From NCBI GenBank assembly GCA_963624975.1, contig CAVFRF010000063.1, positions 2,882-66,881 of the forward strand: a stretch of DNA of 64,000 nt. Reading direction: 5' to 3'. Positions 16,915 to 26,874 of this stretch are shown one piece after another. Numbering within the stretch: position 1 is the stretch's first letter; every line of letters starts with the position of its first letter. The translations under genes and the position numbers were made by a program. The notes below the pieces were generated by a model, which worked only from the letters and a program-made list of their open reading frames with translations, made no database searches and was not told the DNA's origin. The stretch comes from Bacteroidaceae bacterium (GTDB lineage Bacteria > Actinomycetota > Coriobacteriia > Coriobacteriales > CADBOM01).

Positions 16915-17796
16915 GTGGCAAACGCCAATCCATTCAACAACAAGCGGGGCCGCCTGCAGGCCATGAAGCAGCTCATGCCCAAGAACCAGAAGGCGGCCAG
17001 GCTGCGCGAGCAGGCCGAGAAGATGCAGGTGAGGTGCCCCGACTGCAACAACAGGTTCGAGCGCTCGGACCTGCCCAAGACGCTGCACATGTGCCCCAAG
17101 TGCGGGCATATGTTCAAGATGCCGTCGGCGGCTCGCCTGGCGATGGTGTTCGACGGCGGGGAGTACGAGGAGCTGGATGCCGACCTCGTGGGCGGCAACC
17201 CCATCGGCTTTCCAGGGTACGACGACAAGCTCGCCACCAACCGCGCCACCACCAAGATGACCGAGGCCGTGCGATGCGCGGTGGGCCTTGTGGGCGGGCA
17301 CCGCACCGTGGTGGTGGTGCTGGACAGCCGCTTCCTCATGGGCAGCATGGGCGTGGCCGTGGGCGAGAAGATCACCCGCGCCATCGAGAAGGCCACTGCC
17401 GAGAAGCTGCCGCTCGTGATTTTCAGCGCCAGCGGAGGCGCGCGCATGCAGGAGGGCATCTTCTCGCTTATGCAGATGGCCAAGACGTCGGCCGCCATCG
17501 CGCGGCACGACGCGGCGGGGCTGCTCTACATCTCGGTGATGACCAATCCCACCACCGGCGGCGTAACGGCGAGCTTCGCCAGCTTGGGCGACATCATCGT
17601 GTCGGAGCCGGGCGCGCTCATTGGATTCGCCGGTCCGCGCGTGATAGAGCAGACCATCAACCAGAGCCTGCCCGAGGGATTCCAGCGTGCGGAGTACCTG
17701 CTGGAGCACGGCTTTCTGGATGCGATCGTGAAGAGGGGCGAGCTTAAGCCGTGGCTTGCGCTCATGCTCGACATGCATGCAAGGCGAGGTGAGTAG
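16915..17796 (+). CDS. accD: Acetyl-CoA carboxylase carboxyltransferase beta subunit
   Basis: N-terminal Zn ribbon CPDCNN...CPKCGH followed by a carboxyltransferase domain (SGGARMQEG). Confidence 0.9.
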   Translation: MANANPFNNKRGRLQAMKQLMPKNQKAARLREQAEKMQVRCPDCNNRFERSDLPKTLHMCPKCGHMFKMPSAARLAMVFDGGEYEELDADLVGGNPIGFPGYDDKLATNRATTKMTEAVRCAVGLVGGHRTVVVVLDSRFLMGSMGVAVGEKITRAIEKATAEKLPLVIFSASGGARMQEGIFSLMQMAKTSAAIARHDAAGLLYISVMTNPTTGGVTASFASLGDIIVSEPGALIGFAGPRVIEQTINQSLPEGFQRAEYLLEHGFLDAIVKRGELKPWLALMLDMHARRGE

Positions 17797-17797
17797 C

Positions 17798-18850
17798 ATG
17801 GCAGACGACGAGCAGAGGCAGCAGGCCGAGGAGGCAGCGGCATCCGCTTCGCCCACGCAGCTCATGGGGCAGATCGCGCAGGGCGTGGCCGCAGGAGCTG
17901 CCGGGGTTTCGCAGGGCGTGGCCCAAGGCGTTGCACAGGGCATGAACTACCTGTGGAACACGGTCGTGGTGCCGCCTTCGAAGAGGGTCGAGCTGGCCCG
18001 CGCGCCCGAGCGGCCAAACGCCGACTTCTTCATCAAGGCGCTCTTCCACGACTTCCAGGAGATGCACGGCGACAGGCTCGACAAAGACGACCACAGCATC
18101 AAGGGCGGCATCGCGTACTTCCACGACGTGCCCGTAACGGTGATCGCGCAGTGCAAGGGCAAGAGCATCGAGGAGAACATCCGCTACAACTTCGGCATGC
18201 CCAACCCGCAGGGCTACCGCAAGGCGCAACGTCTGGCGAGGCAGGCCGAGAAGTTCGGCAGGCCCGTGATCACCATAGTGGACACCCCGGGCGCATATCC
18301 CGGCATCGAAGCCGAGGAGAAGGGCCAGGGCGAGGCCATCGCCCGCAGCATCGAGCTGTTCAGCTCGCTCACCGTGCCCGTGATCGCGGTGTTCATCGGC
18401 GAGGGCGGCAGCGGCGGCGCGCTGGCTCTGGGGGTGGCCAACTCGATCATCATGCTCGAGAACGCCATCTACTCGATCTTGTCGCCCGAGGGCTTCGCCG
18501 CGATCTTGTGGAAAGACGCATCGCGCAGCAAGGAAGCCGCCGCGGTGATGAAGCTCACCTCCTACGACATCGCGCAGTACGGCATCGCCGACTTCGTGAT
18601 ACCCGAGGGGTCGGCTCCGCTCAAGGCTCCGTGCAAGGCGGTGGTCAAGAAGCTCGACGAGGTGCTGGCATCCGAGATCGTGCGGCTGGCTCCCAAAGAT
18701 GGACGCACGCTGGCCGAGGAGCGCTACCAGAAGTTTCGCGCCATCGGGGCTTGCGGCGAGGCGGTCGCGGCAGCGGCGGCAGCTGGCGATGCGAGCGCTG
18801 CCAGCGCGGCCGAGACATCGATGCAATCGAAAGGGGATGCGGAGCAGTGA
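17798..18850 (+). CDS. accA: Acetyl-CoA carboxylase carboxyltransferase alpha subunit
   Basis: FGMPNPQGYRKAQRLARQAEKFGRPVITIVDTPGAYPG...GEGGSGGALA is the AccA signature. ATG lies 1 nt after the accD stop. Confidence 0.9.
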   Translation: MADDEQRQQAEEAAASASPTQLMGQIAQGVAAGAAGVSQGVAQGVAQGMNYLWNTVVVPPSKRVELARAPERPNADFFIKALFHDFQEMHGDRLDKDDHSIKGGIAYFHDVPVTVIAQCKGKSIEENIRYNFGMPNPQGYRKAQRLARQAEKFGRPVITIVDTPGAYPGIEAEEKGQGEAIARSIELFSSLTVPVIAVFIGEGGSGGALALGVANSIIMLENAIYSILSPEGFAAILWKDASRSKEAAAVMKLTSYDIAQYGIADFVIPEGSAPLKAPCKAVVKKLDEVLASEIVRLAPKDGRTLAEERYQKFRAIGACGEAVAAAAAAGDASAASAAETSMQSKGDAEQ

Positions 18851-19794
18851 ACTCTCTTCGCTTCGAATCGACGGGGTTCTACATCCCGCCCAAGGTCGTC
18901 TCCAACGACGACCTCTCGCAAATAGTGGAAACCAGCGATGAGTGGATCTTTCCCCGCACGGGCATCCACAACCGTCACATCAACGAGGGACTCACCAACG
19001 CCCAGATGGCCGCCAAGGCCGCGCAGCAGGCGATGGACCACGGCGGGATCGATCCCGACGACCTGTGCTGCGTGATCATGGCCACGTTCTCGCCCGACAC
19101 GTTCTCGCCGGCCAACGCCTGCGCGGTCCACGACATCATGGACCTGCCCGAGCACGTGCTGGCGTTCGACGTCAACGCCGCATGCCCCGCCTTTCTGGTG
19201 AGCCTGCATGTGGCTCGCGGACTGCTGCTGCAGCACCCGGGCAAGAAGGCGCTGGTTGTGGCCAGCGAGTTCGCCTCCGACTACACCGACTGGAGCGACC
19301 GCGGCACGTGCGTGCTGTTCGGCGACGGAGCCGGTGCCGCGGTGGTGAGCCTGCGCGAGGAGGGCGACATCTACTTTACCGGCGGCACCCGCAAGGGCAT
19401 CGAGGCCATCCAGGTTTCGGCCAGCCCCAAGTCGGGCGACGATTTCCGCGTGATCCGCATGAACGGCAAGGACGTTTTCCGCTTTGCCGTGACCGCAGTT
19501 CCCGATGCCATCAACGACCTGCTGGAGCAGTCGGGGCTGGCCCTCGACGACATCGACCACTTCATCTTCCATCAGGCCAACATGCGCATCATCAAGCACG
19601 TGTACCAGAAGATGGGCATTCCACGGGAAAAGTGCTACACCAACATCGAGGAGTACGGCAACACCTCGGCTGCAAGCTCGGCGATCGCGACTGCCGAGAT
19701 GGATGCCAAGGGCCTGCTCAAGCGTGGCGACAAGGTAATAATGGTGTGCTTCGGCGCCGGCTTGGTGTACGAGGGCATCTTGCTGGAATGGTAG
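18847..19794 (+). CDS. fabH: 3-oxoacyl-ACP synthase III
   Basis: TSDEWIFPRTGI, active-site NAACPAF, HQANMRI and GNTSAAS. GTG start overlaps the accA stop (GTGA). Confidence 0.9.
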   Translation: MNSLRFESTGFYIPPKVVSNDDLSQIVETSDEWIFPRTGIHNRHINEGLTNAQMAAKAAQQAMDHGGIDPDDLCCVIMATFSPDTFSPANACAVHDIMDLPEHVLAFDVNAACPAFLVSLHVARGLLLQHPGKKALVVASEFASDYTDWSDRGTCVLFGDGAGAAVVSLREEGDIYFTGGTRKGIEAIQVSASPKSGDDFRVIRMNGKDVFRFAVTAVPDAINDLLEQSGLALDDIDHFIFHQANMRIIKHVYQKMGIPREKCYTNIEEYGNTSAASSAIATAEMDAKGLLKRGDKVIMVCFGAGLVYEGILLEW

Positions 19795-19802
19795 GAGAGA
19801 AG

Positions 19803-20813
19803 ATGAGCGAGAAGAAGAACCTGGCGCAGCTGCTGGGCACCAAGTACCCGTTCATGCAGGGCGCGATGGCCAACATCTCCAACGGGGAATTTGCCGCGGC
19901 GATGTCGAACGCGGGCGCGCTGGGCATCATCGCGTCGGGCGGCATGGACGTGGAGACGCTGGAGGCCAACATCGCGAAGTGCCGCGAGCTTACCAACAAG
20001 CCTTTCGGCGTGAACGTGATGATGAAGCATCCGCAGGTGGCCGACGTGTGCGACCTTGTGGCGCAAAGCGGCGTGGACGTGGTGACCACGGGGGCGGGCA
20101 ACCCCGGACCCTACATCGACAGGTGGAAGGAAGCCGGCATCAAGGTAATTCCGGTCGTGCCTTCGGTGGCGCTGGCTGTGCGTGTGGAGCGTGCCGGCGC
20201 CGATGCCGTGGTGGCGGAGGGCACCGAGAGCGGCGGGCATGTGGGCGAGATGGCCACCATGGCCATGGTGCCGCAGATCGTGGATGCCGTGCAGATCCCG
20301 GTCGTCGCCGCGGGCGGCATCGCGAACGGACGGCAGTTCGTGGCGGCTTTGGCACTCGGTGCCGTGGGCGCCCAGCTGGGTACCTGCCTGCTGGTGTCGG
20401 AGGAGTGCCCCATTCATCCCAACTACAAGCAGGCCATCCTCGATGCCAAGGATTGCGACACCGCTGTGACCGGGCGCTTCGCGGGTTCGCCAGTGCGCCA
20501 GCTCAAGAACCACATGGCGCGCGCCTACCTCAAGGACGAGAAGCAGGGCATGAGCCGCGAAGACTTGGGGCACTACATGATCGGCGCGCTGCGCAAGGCC
20601 GTGATCGACGGCGATACCCGCGATGGCTCGCTGATCTCGGGCCAGGTTGCGGGCATGCTGCACGAGATTCGCCCGGCAGCGCAGATCTTTGAGGAGATAT
20701 ACCGCGACGCGCTGGGTGCGCGCAGCGAGCTTGACGCGATGATGGCGAGCATCTATGGCGCTGGCGAGGCTGGCTCTGGCGCGGCCGACGCAGAAGGCGA
20801 GGTGCTGGCATGA
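19803..20813 (+). CDS. fabK: Enoyl-ACP reductase II (FMN-dependent, NPD family)
   Basis: YPFMQGAMANIS...GALGIIASGG...AEGTESGGHVG...AAGGIANG is the FabK/nitronate-monooxygenase-fold signature, in fab operon context. Confidence 0.9.
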   Translation: MSEKKNLAQLLGTKYPFMQGAMANISNGEFAAAMSNAGALGIIASGGMDVETLEANIAKCRELTNKPFGVNVMMKHPQVADVCDLVAQSGVDVVTTGAGNPGPYIDRWKEAGIKVIPVVPSVALAVRVERAGADAVVAEGTESGGHVGEMATMAMVPQIVDAVQIPVVAAGGIANGRQFVAALALGAVGAQLGTCLLVSEECPIHPNYKQAILDAKDCDTAVTGRFAGSPVRQLKNHMARAYLKDEKQGMSREDLGHYMIGALRKAVIDGDTRDGSLISGQVAGMLHEIRPAAQIFEEIYRDALGARSELDAMMASIYGAGEAGSGAADAEGEVLA

Positions 20814-21733
20814 GGTGCGCATTCGTCTACGCGGGCCAGGGCAGCCAGGTGCCCGGGATGGGTCGCGAGCTGTACGATAGCGAGCCGGCGTTTCGCGAGG
20901 CGCTGGACGAGGCCGACCCAACGGGGCGCTGGCGCGAGCTGGCGTTCGAGGGCACCGAGGAGCAGCTGGCCGACACCCGCAACACGCAGCCGTGCATGGT
21001 GGCCATCGAGTGCGCCACCACCGCGCTGCTGGCCAGCAGGGGCATCGAGCCGACCATGGCCTTCGGGCTTTCGCTGGGCGAGTACTCGGCTCTGGCCGCT
21101 GCCGGCGCGTTGTCGTCGCGCAAGGCCGTGGAGCTTGCCGCTTTCCGCGGCGAGGAGATGACCCGCGCCTCCGAGGGCATCGACTGCGGGATGACCGCGG
21201 TGCTCGGCCTTGCCCGCGAGGGCATCGAACAGGCCTGCGAGGGCGCGGCCGATGTGGGCTACGTGGCCATCACCAACTTCAACGGACCCAACCAGATCGT
21301 GATCTCGGGCGAGAAGGCCGCGGTCGACAAGGCCAGCCAGCTCGCCTTGGAGCTGGGTGCAAGGCGCTGCATGCCCCTGGCTGTGAGCGGGCCTTTCCAC
21401 ACCAAGCTCATGAAACCCGCAGCCGATGCGCTGGAGAAGCGCTTCGAGACCACCGAGTTTGGCCCCATGCGATTCCCGGTGCTGTTCAACACCACGGCGA
21501 GGCCCCTGGCCGAAGGCGCCACCATCGCCCAGATGCTGGTGCAGCAGGTGCAGTCGGCCATCCATTTCGACGACTGCGTGCGCTATATGGTGGAGAGCGG
21601 AGTTACCACCACGGTCGAGCTGGGCGTGGGCAAGTCGCTTTCCAAGCTCATCAAGAAGATCGACAAGCAGGTGCAGACGCTGCAGGTATACGACAACGCG
21701 AGCCTCGAGGCCACGCTGGAGGCGCTGGCTTAA
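20810..21733 (+). CDS. fabD: Malonyl-CoA:ACP transacylase
   Basis: FVYAGQGSQ and GLSLGEYSAL active-site motifs. ATGA overlap with fabK. Confidence 0.9.
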   Translation: MRCAFVYAGQGSQVPGMGRELYDSEPAFREALDEADPTGRWRELAFEGTEEQLADTRNTQPCMVAIECATTALLASRGIEPTMAFGLSLGEYSALAAAGALSSRKAVELAAFRGEEMTRASEGIDCGMTAVLGLAREGIEQACEGAADVGYVAITNFNGPNQIVISGEKAAVDKASQLALELGARRCMPLAVSGPFHTKLMKPAADALEKRFETTEFGPMRFPVLFNTTARPLAEGATIAQMLVQQVQSAIHFDDCVRYMVESGVTTTVELGVGKSLSKLIKKIDKQVQTLQVYDNASLEATLEALA

Positions 21734-21777
21734 GAGCGGCGCGGCGACGTGTCCGGCGCGGCAAGGAGACTAAGACC

Positions 21778-22554
21778 ATGGGAAACGTTGATGCGAATAC
21801 GGCGGGTGCAAACGAGGCTGTGGCCAAGAACGCCCTCGTGACCGGAGGAAGCCGCGGCATAGGCCGGGCCATCTGCCTCGAGCTGGCGAGCCGCGGATGC
21901 AACGTGGCCGTGAACTGCACGCGCGGCGTGGAGGCCGCCGCGGGCGTGGCCGACGAGTGCCGCGCCATGGGCGTGCGCGCTATGGTTGTGGCTGCCGACG
22001 TGTCCGACCACGATGCGGCCAAAGAGATGGTGACTTCGGTTCAAAAGGAGCTGGGCTCGCTCGACATCTTGGTGAACAACGCGGGCATCACCCGCGACAA
22101 CCTCATGATGAGGATGTCGCCCGACGACTTCGAGGCGGTGCTCAAGGTCAACCTCGAGGGCACGTTCAACTGCATGAAGCACGCGAGCCGCATCATGCTC
22201 AAGCAGCGCTCGGGTTCCATCGTGAACATGGCCAGCGTGGTGGGCATCATGGGCAACGCGGGGCAGGTCAACTACTCCGCCAGCAAGGCGGGTGTGATAG
22301 GCATGACCAAGTCGGCGGCGCGCGAGCTGGCCAGCCGTGGAGTGCGCGTGAACGCGGTGGCGCCTGGCTACATCGACACCGACATGACGCGCGACGTGCC
22401 GCAGGAGGCCAAAGACGCCTTCGAGAAGCAGATCCTGCTGGGACGCATCGGGCAGCCCGGAGACGTGGCGCGGGCCGTGGCCTTCCTGGCGCTCGACGAT
22501 GCGTCGTACATCACCGGCCAAGTGCTGTGCGTAGATGGCGGAATGGCAGTTTAG
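21778..22554 (+). CDS. fabG: 3-oxoacyl-ACP reductase (SDR)
   Basis: VTGGSRGIGRA, NNAGI and YSASKAG (catalytic YxxxK). Confidence 0.9.
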   Translation: MGNVDANTAGANEAVAKNALVTGGSRGIGRAICLELASRGCNVAVNCTRGVEAAAGVADECRAMGVRAMVVAADVSDHDAAKEMVTSVQKELGSLDILVNNAGITRDNLMMRMSPDDFEAVLKVNLEGTFNCMKHASRIMLKQRSGSIVNMASVVGIMGNAGQVNYSASKAGVIGMTKSAARELASRGVRVNAVAPGYIDTDMTRDVPQEAKDAFEKQILLGRIGQPGDVARAVAFLALDDASYITGQVLCVDGGMAV

Positions 22555-22594
22555 CAATCGGCTAAGGGGAGCCGACGACGATAGGAGCTTTTGG

Positions 22595-23854
22595 ATGAAC
22601 ACGAACACCGAGCGTCGCAGGGTGGTTGTTACCGGAATGGGAGCGCTCTGCCCCATCGGCAACACCGTGGAGCAGATCTGGGCCAACGCCCGGGATGGAG
22701 TGAACGGCATCGGACAGATCACGCTCTACGATTCCAGCAATCAGAAGGTTCACATCGCCGGCGAGGTCAAGGACTTCGACCCCTTCGAGTTTTTGGACAA
22801 GCAGGAGGCTCGCAAGCAGGAGCGCTTCACCCACTTCGCGCGCGTGGCTACCATGCAGGCCATGGAGCAGAGCGGCATCCAGATCGCCGACGAGGATCCA
22901 TATCGCTGCGGCGTGGCCATTTCGTCGGGCATCGGGTCGCTCGACTTTATCGCGCGTTCGCAGGACCGCGGCCACGAGAAGGGATTCGACAGGGTCTCGC
23001 CGCACTACATTCCCGCGTCCATCACCAACAGCGCGGCCGGCAACGTGGCCATTCAGGAGGGCTTCAAGGGCGAGTGCACCTGCGTGGTGTCGGCCTGCGC
23101 AGGCGGCACCAACGCCATCGGCGAGGCCATGCGCGCAATCCGCCACGGCTATGTGGACGTGATGCTGGCGGGCGGTGCCGAGGCGTGCATCACCCCGCTG
23201 GGCGTGGGCGGCTTTACCGTGATGAGGGCGCTGGCCGAGGTGGACGATCCCGCTGCGGCCTGCAAGCCTTTCGACCTGGAGCGTTCGGGCTTCGTGATCG
23301 CCGAGGGCGCCGGCATCCTGGTGCTCGAGGAGCTGGAGCACGCGCGTGCCCGTGGCGCGCAGATCCTGGGCGAGGTGTGCGGCTACGGCTACACGTGCGA
23401 TGCCTACCACATCACCGCGCCCGACCCTTGCGGCGACGGAGCTGCGGCCTCTATGCGCAACGCGGTGCTCGATGCGGGGCTCGAGCCGTCGCAGATCGGC
23501 TACATCAATGCGCATGGTACCTCGACCCCCATGAACGACAAGACCGAGGCCGCCGCGATTCGCGCCGTGTTCGGCGATGATGCCGCTACGGCTGGACCTC
23601 TGGTGAGCAGCACCAAGTCGATGACGGGGCACATGCTGGGAGCCACTGGCGCGGTGGAAGCCATCGTTTCGCTCATGGCGATTCGCGATGGCTTCGTGCC
23701 GCCCAACATCAACTACACCACCCCCGATCCCGATTGCGAGGTCAACCTCGTGGCCAACAAGGGCGTGGAAGCTCACTTCGACTACGCGCTTTCCGACAAC
23801 CTGGGATTCGGCGGGCACAACGCCAGCGTGGTTGTTGGCCGCTTCGTCGAGTAG
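22595..23854 (+). CDS. fabF: 3-oxoacyl-ACP synthase II
   Basis: RVVVTGMG, the active-site Cys in VVSACAGG, HGTSTPMND and GHMLGATG. Confidence 0.9.
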   Translation: MNTNTERRRVVVTGMGALCPIGNTVEQIWANARDGVNGIGQITLYDSSNQKVHIAGEVKDFDPFEFLDKQEARKQERFTHFARVATMQAMEQSGIQIADEDPYRCGVAISSGIGSLDFIARSQDRGHEKGFDRVSPHYIPASITNSAAGNVAIQEGFKGECTCVVSACAGGTNAIGEAMRAIRHGYVDVMLAGGAEACITPLGVGGFTVMRALAEVDDPAAACKPFDLERSGFVIAEGAGILVLEELEHARARGAQILGEVCGYGYTCDAYHITAPDPCGDGAAASMRNAVLDAGLEPSQIGYINAHGTSTPMNDKTEAAAIRAVFGDDAATAGPLVSSTKSMTGHMLGATGAVEAIVSLMAIRDGFVPPNINYTTPDPDCEVNLVANKGVEAHFDYALSDNLGFGGHNASVVVGRFVE

Positions 23855-23946
23855 GATAGGTAGCGGGTTCGTGTCGGGCGGGCGTGCCGGGCGCGGGCGC
23901 AAAGCTAGGGATTTGCCAGCTGGATACGTTTGAGAAGGAGACCCGA

Positions 23947-24456
23947 ATGAGCGACATCGAAGCAAACGTGGATACGACCGCGGCCGAGACCGCCGAGGCC
24001 GAGACCGCCGAGGCCCGCGAGCCCAGGATCCTCTCCTCCAACCAAATCCAGGAAATCCTGCCGCATCGCTTCCCGTTCCAGCTGGTCGACCGCATCGTGG
24101 ACTACGAGCCCGGCCAATGGGCCTGCGGCATCAAGTGCGTGTCGGTGGGCGAGCAGTGGTTTTGCGGGCACTTCCCGCAACAGCATGTGATGCCCGGCGT
24201 GCTGATACTCGAGGCTCTCGCGCAGGTGGGCGCCATCGCGGTGCTGAGCCTGCCCGAGAACAAGGGCAAGATCGCGTTCTTCGGCGGCGTGCGCAAGTGC
24301 CGCTTCAAGAAGCAGGTGGTACCCGGCGACGTGCTGGAGATGCGCTGCGAGATCGAGGAGATGCGCCATGGCATCGGCCACGGCAAGGCGGTGGCCAAGG
24401 TGGATGGCAAGGTGGCCTGCCAGGCCGAGATCACGTTCGCGGTGGGGGAGGAGTAG
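23947..24456 (+). CDS. fabZ: 3-hydroxyacyl-ACP dehydratase
   Basis: LPHRFPFQLVDRI...GHFPQQHVMPGVLILEALAQ is the FabZ hot-dog signature. Confidence 0.9.
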   Translation: MSDIEANVDTTAAETAEAETAEAREPRILSSNQIQEILPHRFPFQLVDRIVDYEPGQWACGIKCVSVGEQWFCGHFPQQHVMPGVLILEALAQVGAIAVLSLPENKGKIAFFGGVRKCRFKKQVVPGDVLEMRCEIEEMRHGIGHGKAVAKVDGKVACQAEITFAVGEE

Positions 24457-24459
24457 GCC

Positions 24460-24978
24460 ATGAGCAGCGACCTCACCAGAATCTCGGTAACCATGCCCGA
24501 AGAACTGCTGGCCAGCCTCGACGACTACGCGTCGCGACGCGGCATGGCCAAGAACCGCTCCGAGGTCGTGCGCGACCTGGTGCGCGATGCTCTGGTGAAG
24601 GAGAAGACGGAGGACGAGGACACGTTCATCTTCGCCACGCTCACCATGGTGTTCGACCATCACACCAACGACCTGCGCGACAAGCTCGACGACATCCAGC
24701 ACGCCCACTTCGACGAGATAATCTCCAGCATGCACGTGCATGTGGACGAGCACAACTGCCTCGAGACCATCGTGATGAAGGGCCGCTCGAGCGTGCTTCG
24801 GGGCATTGCCGACAGCCTGCTGGGCACCAAGGGCGTGCTCAACGGCGACCTCATCGTTACCGTGGTGGGCGACGGCACCGCGCACGAGCATGCGCACTCG
24901 CACGGCGACGCGCACCAGCACGAGCATTGCCATGAGCATGGGCATGCGCATACGCACGAGCACAGCCATAGCCATTAG
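24460..24978 (+). CDS. nikR: Nickel-responsive regulator NikR (RHH plus ACT-like metal-binding domain) with a His-rich tail
   Basis: N-terminal RISVTMPEELLASLD is the RHH region. QHAHFDE..SMHVHVDEHNCLETIVMKG is colinear with E. coli NikR QHHHHD..LHVHINHDDCLEIAVLKG, so the high-affinity Ni ligands HxH and C are conserved. The C-terminus carries 15 His in the last 31 aa. Starts 3 nt after the fabZ stop. Confidence 0.85.
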   Translation: MSSDLTRISVTMPEELLASLDDYASRRGMAKNRSEVVRDLVRDALVKEKTEDEDTFIFATLTMVFDHHTNDLRDKLDDIQHAHFDEIISSMHVHVDEHNCLETIVMKGRSSVLRGIADSLLGTKGVLNGDLIVTVVGDGTAHEHAHSHGDAHQHEHCHEHGHAHTHEHSHSH

Positions 24979-25244
24979 GTTCGGTGGTTTTCAAAGGTTA
25001 GGTTTTCCCGTTTACACAGCGGATAGCAAGGTGCGTCTAAATCGACACTTGCTACAAATGTGTTGAACTTGTGACCTCGGCTCTCCATATTTCCTTCTAA
25101 ATAGGTAATGTATTCGTAGTGCTACTAAAGTAGACTAACCTGTAGCATATTTAATCATGCTGAATGATAAGTTCTACGTAGAAGCCATGCTGGGTTCCGA
25201 TTTGTGGGTGTCGCGAGCCCGGTTCAGATAGAAGGGGGCTTGTC

Positions 25245-26753
25245 ATGACCAGCACAAGATTCAACTCAAAAAGGAGCACAGCACTCGTTTTGCCGCTTCT
25301 CGTTGCTGTTCTGGCCGCCGCGATGTGGTGCCTGATGGTGCCCGTGCTGGCGCAAGCCGACGAGCAGGGCATAGTGGCACACTCGGTGGACGATTCGGGC
25401 ACCCGCATCGACTACTACTCGGTCGACGATGCCATCAATGCCGGATACGAAGGCAAGACCATCGTCATGGACGCGAATTGGAACTCCTACAGCGCGCTGG
25501 TCATCTCCTACGGCAAGTCGATCACGATCGATATGAACGCTCACGAGATTTACAATTACGGGCACTCCGAGGTCATCCGCCTTTACGATAATGCCAGTCT
25601 CACTCTTATGTCGAGTGCTTCTGCCAAATTTACCTATCAGGGTTACGTCGACGGCAAATGCAGTAGGACAGGCGTGGAAGTTACCACCGGAGGCTTGGTA
25701 TCGGGTGGCTATAGCAAATCCGACGACAGTCGTTACGAAGACATTGCGGGAGGAATCATGATGGATGGTCATAGCTCCCTCACTCTCGACAACGTGGTCG
25801 TGGGAGGCAACCTTGGCGATAGGGCAGGCGGTATTCTTGCCATGGGCGACTGCTGCATCAGGATTCAGAACGGAGCCAGCGTCGAACACAACGTTGCCGT
25901 CCAAAACTATGGTGGCGGCATCACGGCGTGGGGAAATTGCGTGAACATCCTTATGGACAAGGGATTCGTCAAGAGCAACTATGGATATAACGGTGGCGGA
26001 ATCAGCGTGCTCGACGATGGCGCCACGATCAGCATGAAGAACAAATCTGCTATCTCGGGCAATCATGCAACAAACAACGGCGGTGGCGTGTTCTTCGACA
26101 ATACTTTCTTTCAGATTATGTCCGAAGATAGAACCGCCTCTATCGATGGCAATAGCTGCGACAACGAAGGAGGCGGGGTATACACAGCCTCCGTCAGCGA
26201 TGACAACGACGGTCTCATCGTAGATACCGCGATCGCCGATAACACTGCAGGCGTCGACGGCGGCGGCGTCTATCTCGACCAGGAAAACACGGAGATGCTC
26301 CACTGCACCATTACCGGCAATACTGCCAAGGAGGATGGCGGCGGAGTATATGTGTGCAACGACGAGAACAAAATCGCGGACTGCACCATCACCGGCAACG
26401 TGTGCAACGACGGTGGCGATAACTACGAGGGCGGCGGCGTGTTCGTGGGCTACAGGTACGACCTGAACCTCACAGGCAAGTGCGTTATCAAGGACAATAC
26501 CCGCGGAAAGAACGGTTCGGCAGACGACCTGTTCCTCAGCGCCAACGTGGGCAACACCGCCAGCGCCTACATCACCGGCGGCGTGGACCTCGGGTCGAAG
26601 GTGGGGATCCGCACCGGCATCACCGGCGACCAGCGCATCGGCGACCACATTGGAATATACGCCGAAGGGGTGTACTTTGCAGATCTCGGTGGCTACTACG
26701 TGAGCCACGGCGACGACCACGGCGGAGACCTGTGGCAGCGTCACCACGACTAA
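25245..26753 (+). CDS. Secreted right-handed beta-helix repeat protein (Pmp-repeat-like), paralog 1
   Basis: Signal peptide ending VLAQA-DEQ. Reiterated motifs NGGGISV, NNGGGVFFDNTFF, NEGGGVYTAS, VDGGGVYL, EDGGGVYVCN and YEGGGVFVG are typical of parallel beta-helix / polymorphic-membrane-protein repeats. Confidence 0.75.
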   Translation: MTSTRFNSKRSTALVLPLLVAVLAAAMWCLMVPVLAQADEQGIVAHSVDDSGTRIDYYSVDDAINAGYEGKTIVMDANWNSYSALVISYGKSITIDMNAHEIYNYGHSEVIRLYDNASLTLMSSASAKFTYQGYVDGKCSRTGVEVTTGGLVSGGYSKSDDSRYEDIAGGIMMDGHSSLTLDNVVVGGNLGDRAGGILAMGDCCIRIQNGASVEHNVAVQNYGGGITAWGNCVNILMDKGFVKSNYGYNGGGISVLDDGATISMKNKSAISGNHATNNGGGVFFDNTFFQIMSEDRTASIDGNSCDNEGGGVYTASVSDDNDGLIVDTAIADNTAGVDGGGVYLDQENTEMLHCTITGNTAKEDGGGVYVCNDENKIADCTITGNVCNDGGDNYEGGGVFVGYRYDLNLTGKCVIKDNTRGKNGSADDLFLSANVGNTASAYITGGVDLGSKVGIRTGITGDQRIGDHIGIYAEGVYFADLGGYYVSHGDDHGGDLWQRHHD

Positions 26754-26874
26754 CGGCCTGGCTGCGGTCCATAGCAAATTCAATTAAACTGGGTTGGTGG
26801 TTTCGACGCGGGGGATATGCCTGATTCATAACTAATGCGAATGAGAAGCGAGAGCAGATAGAAGGGAGCGCGTT

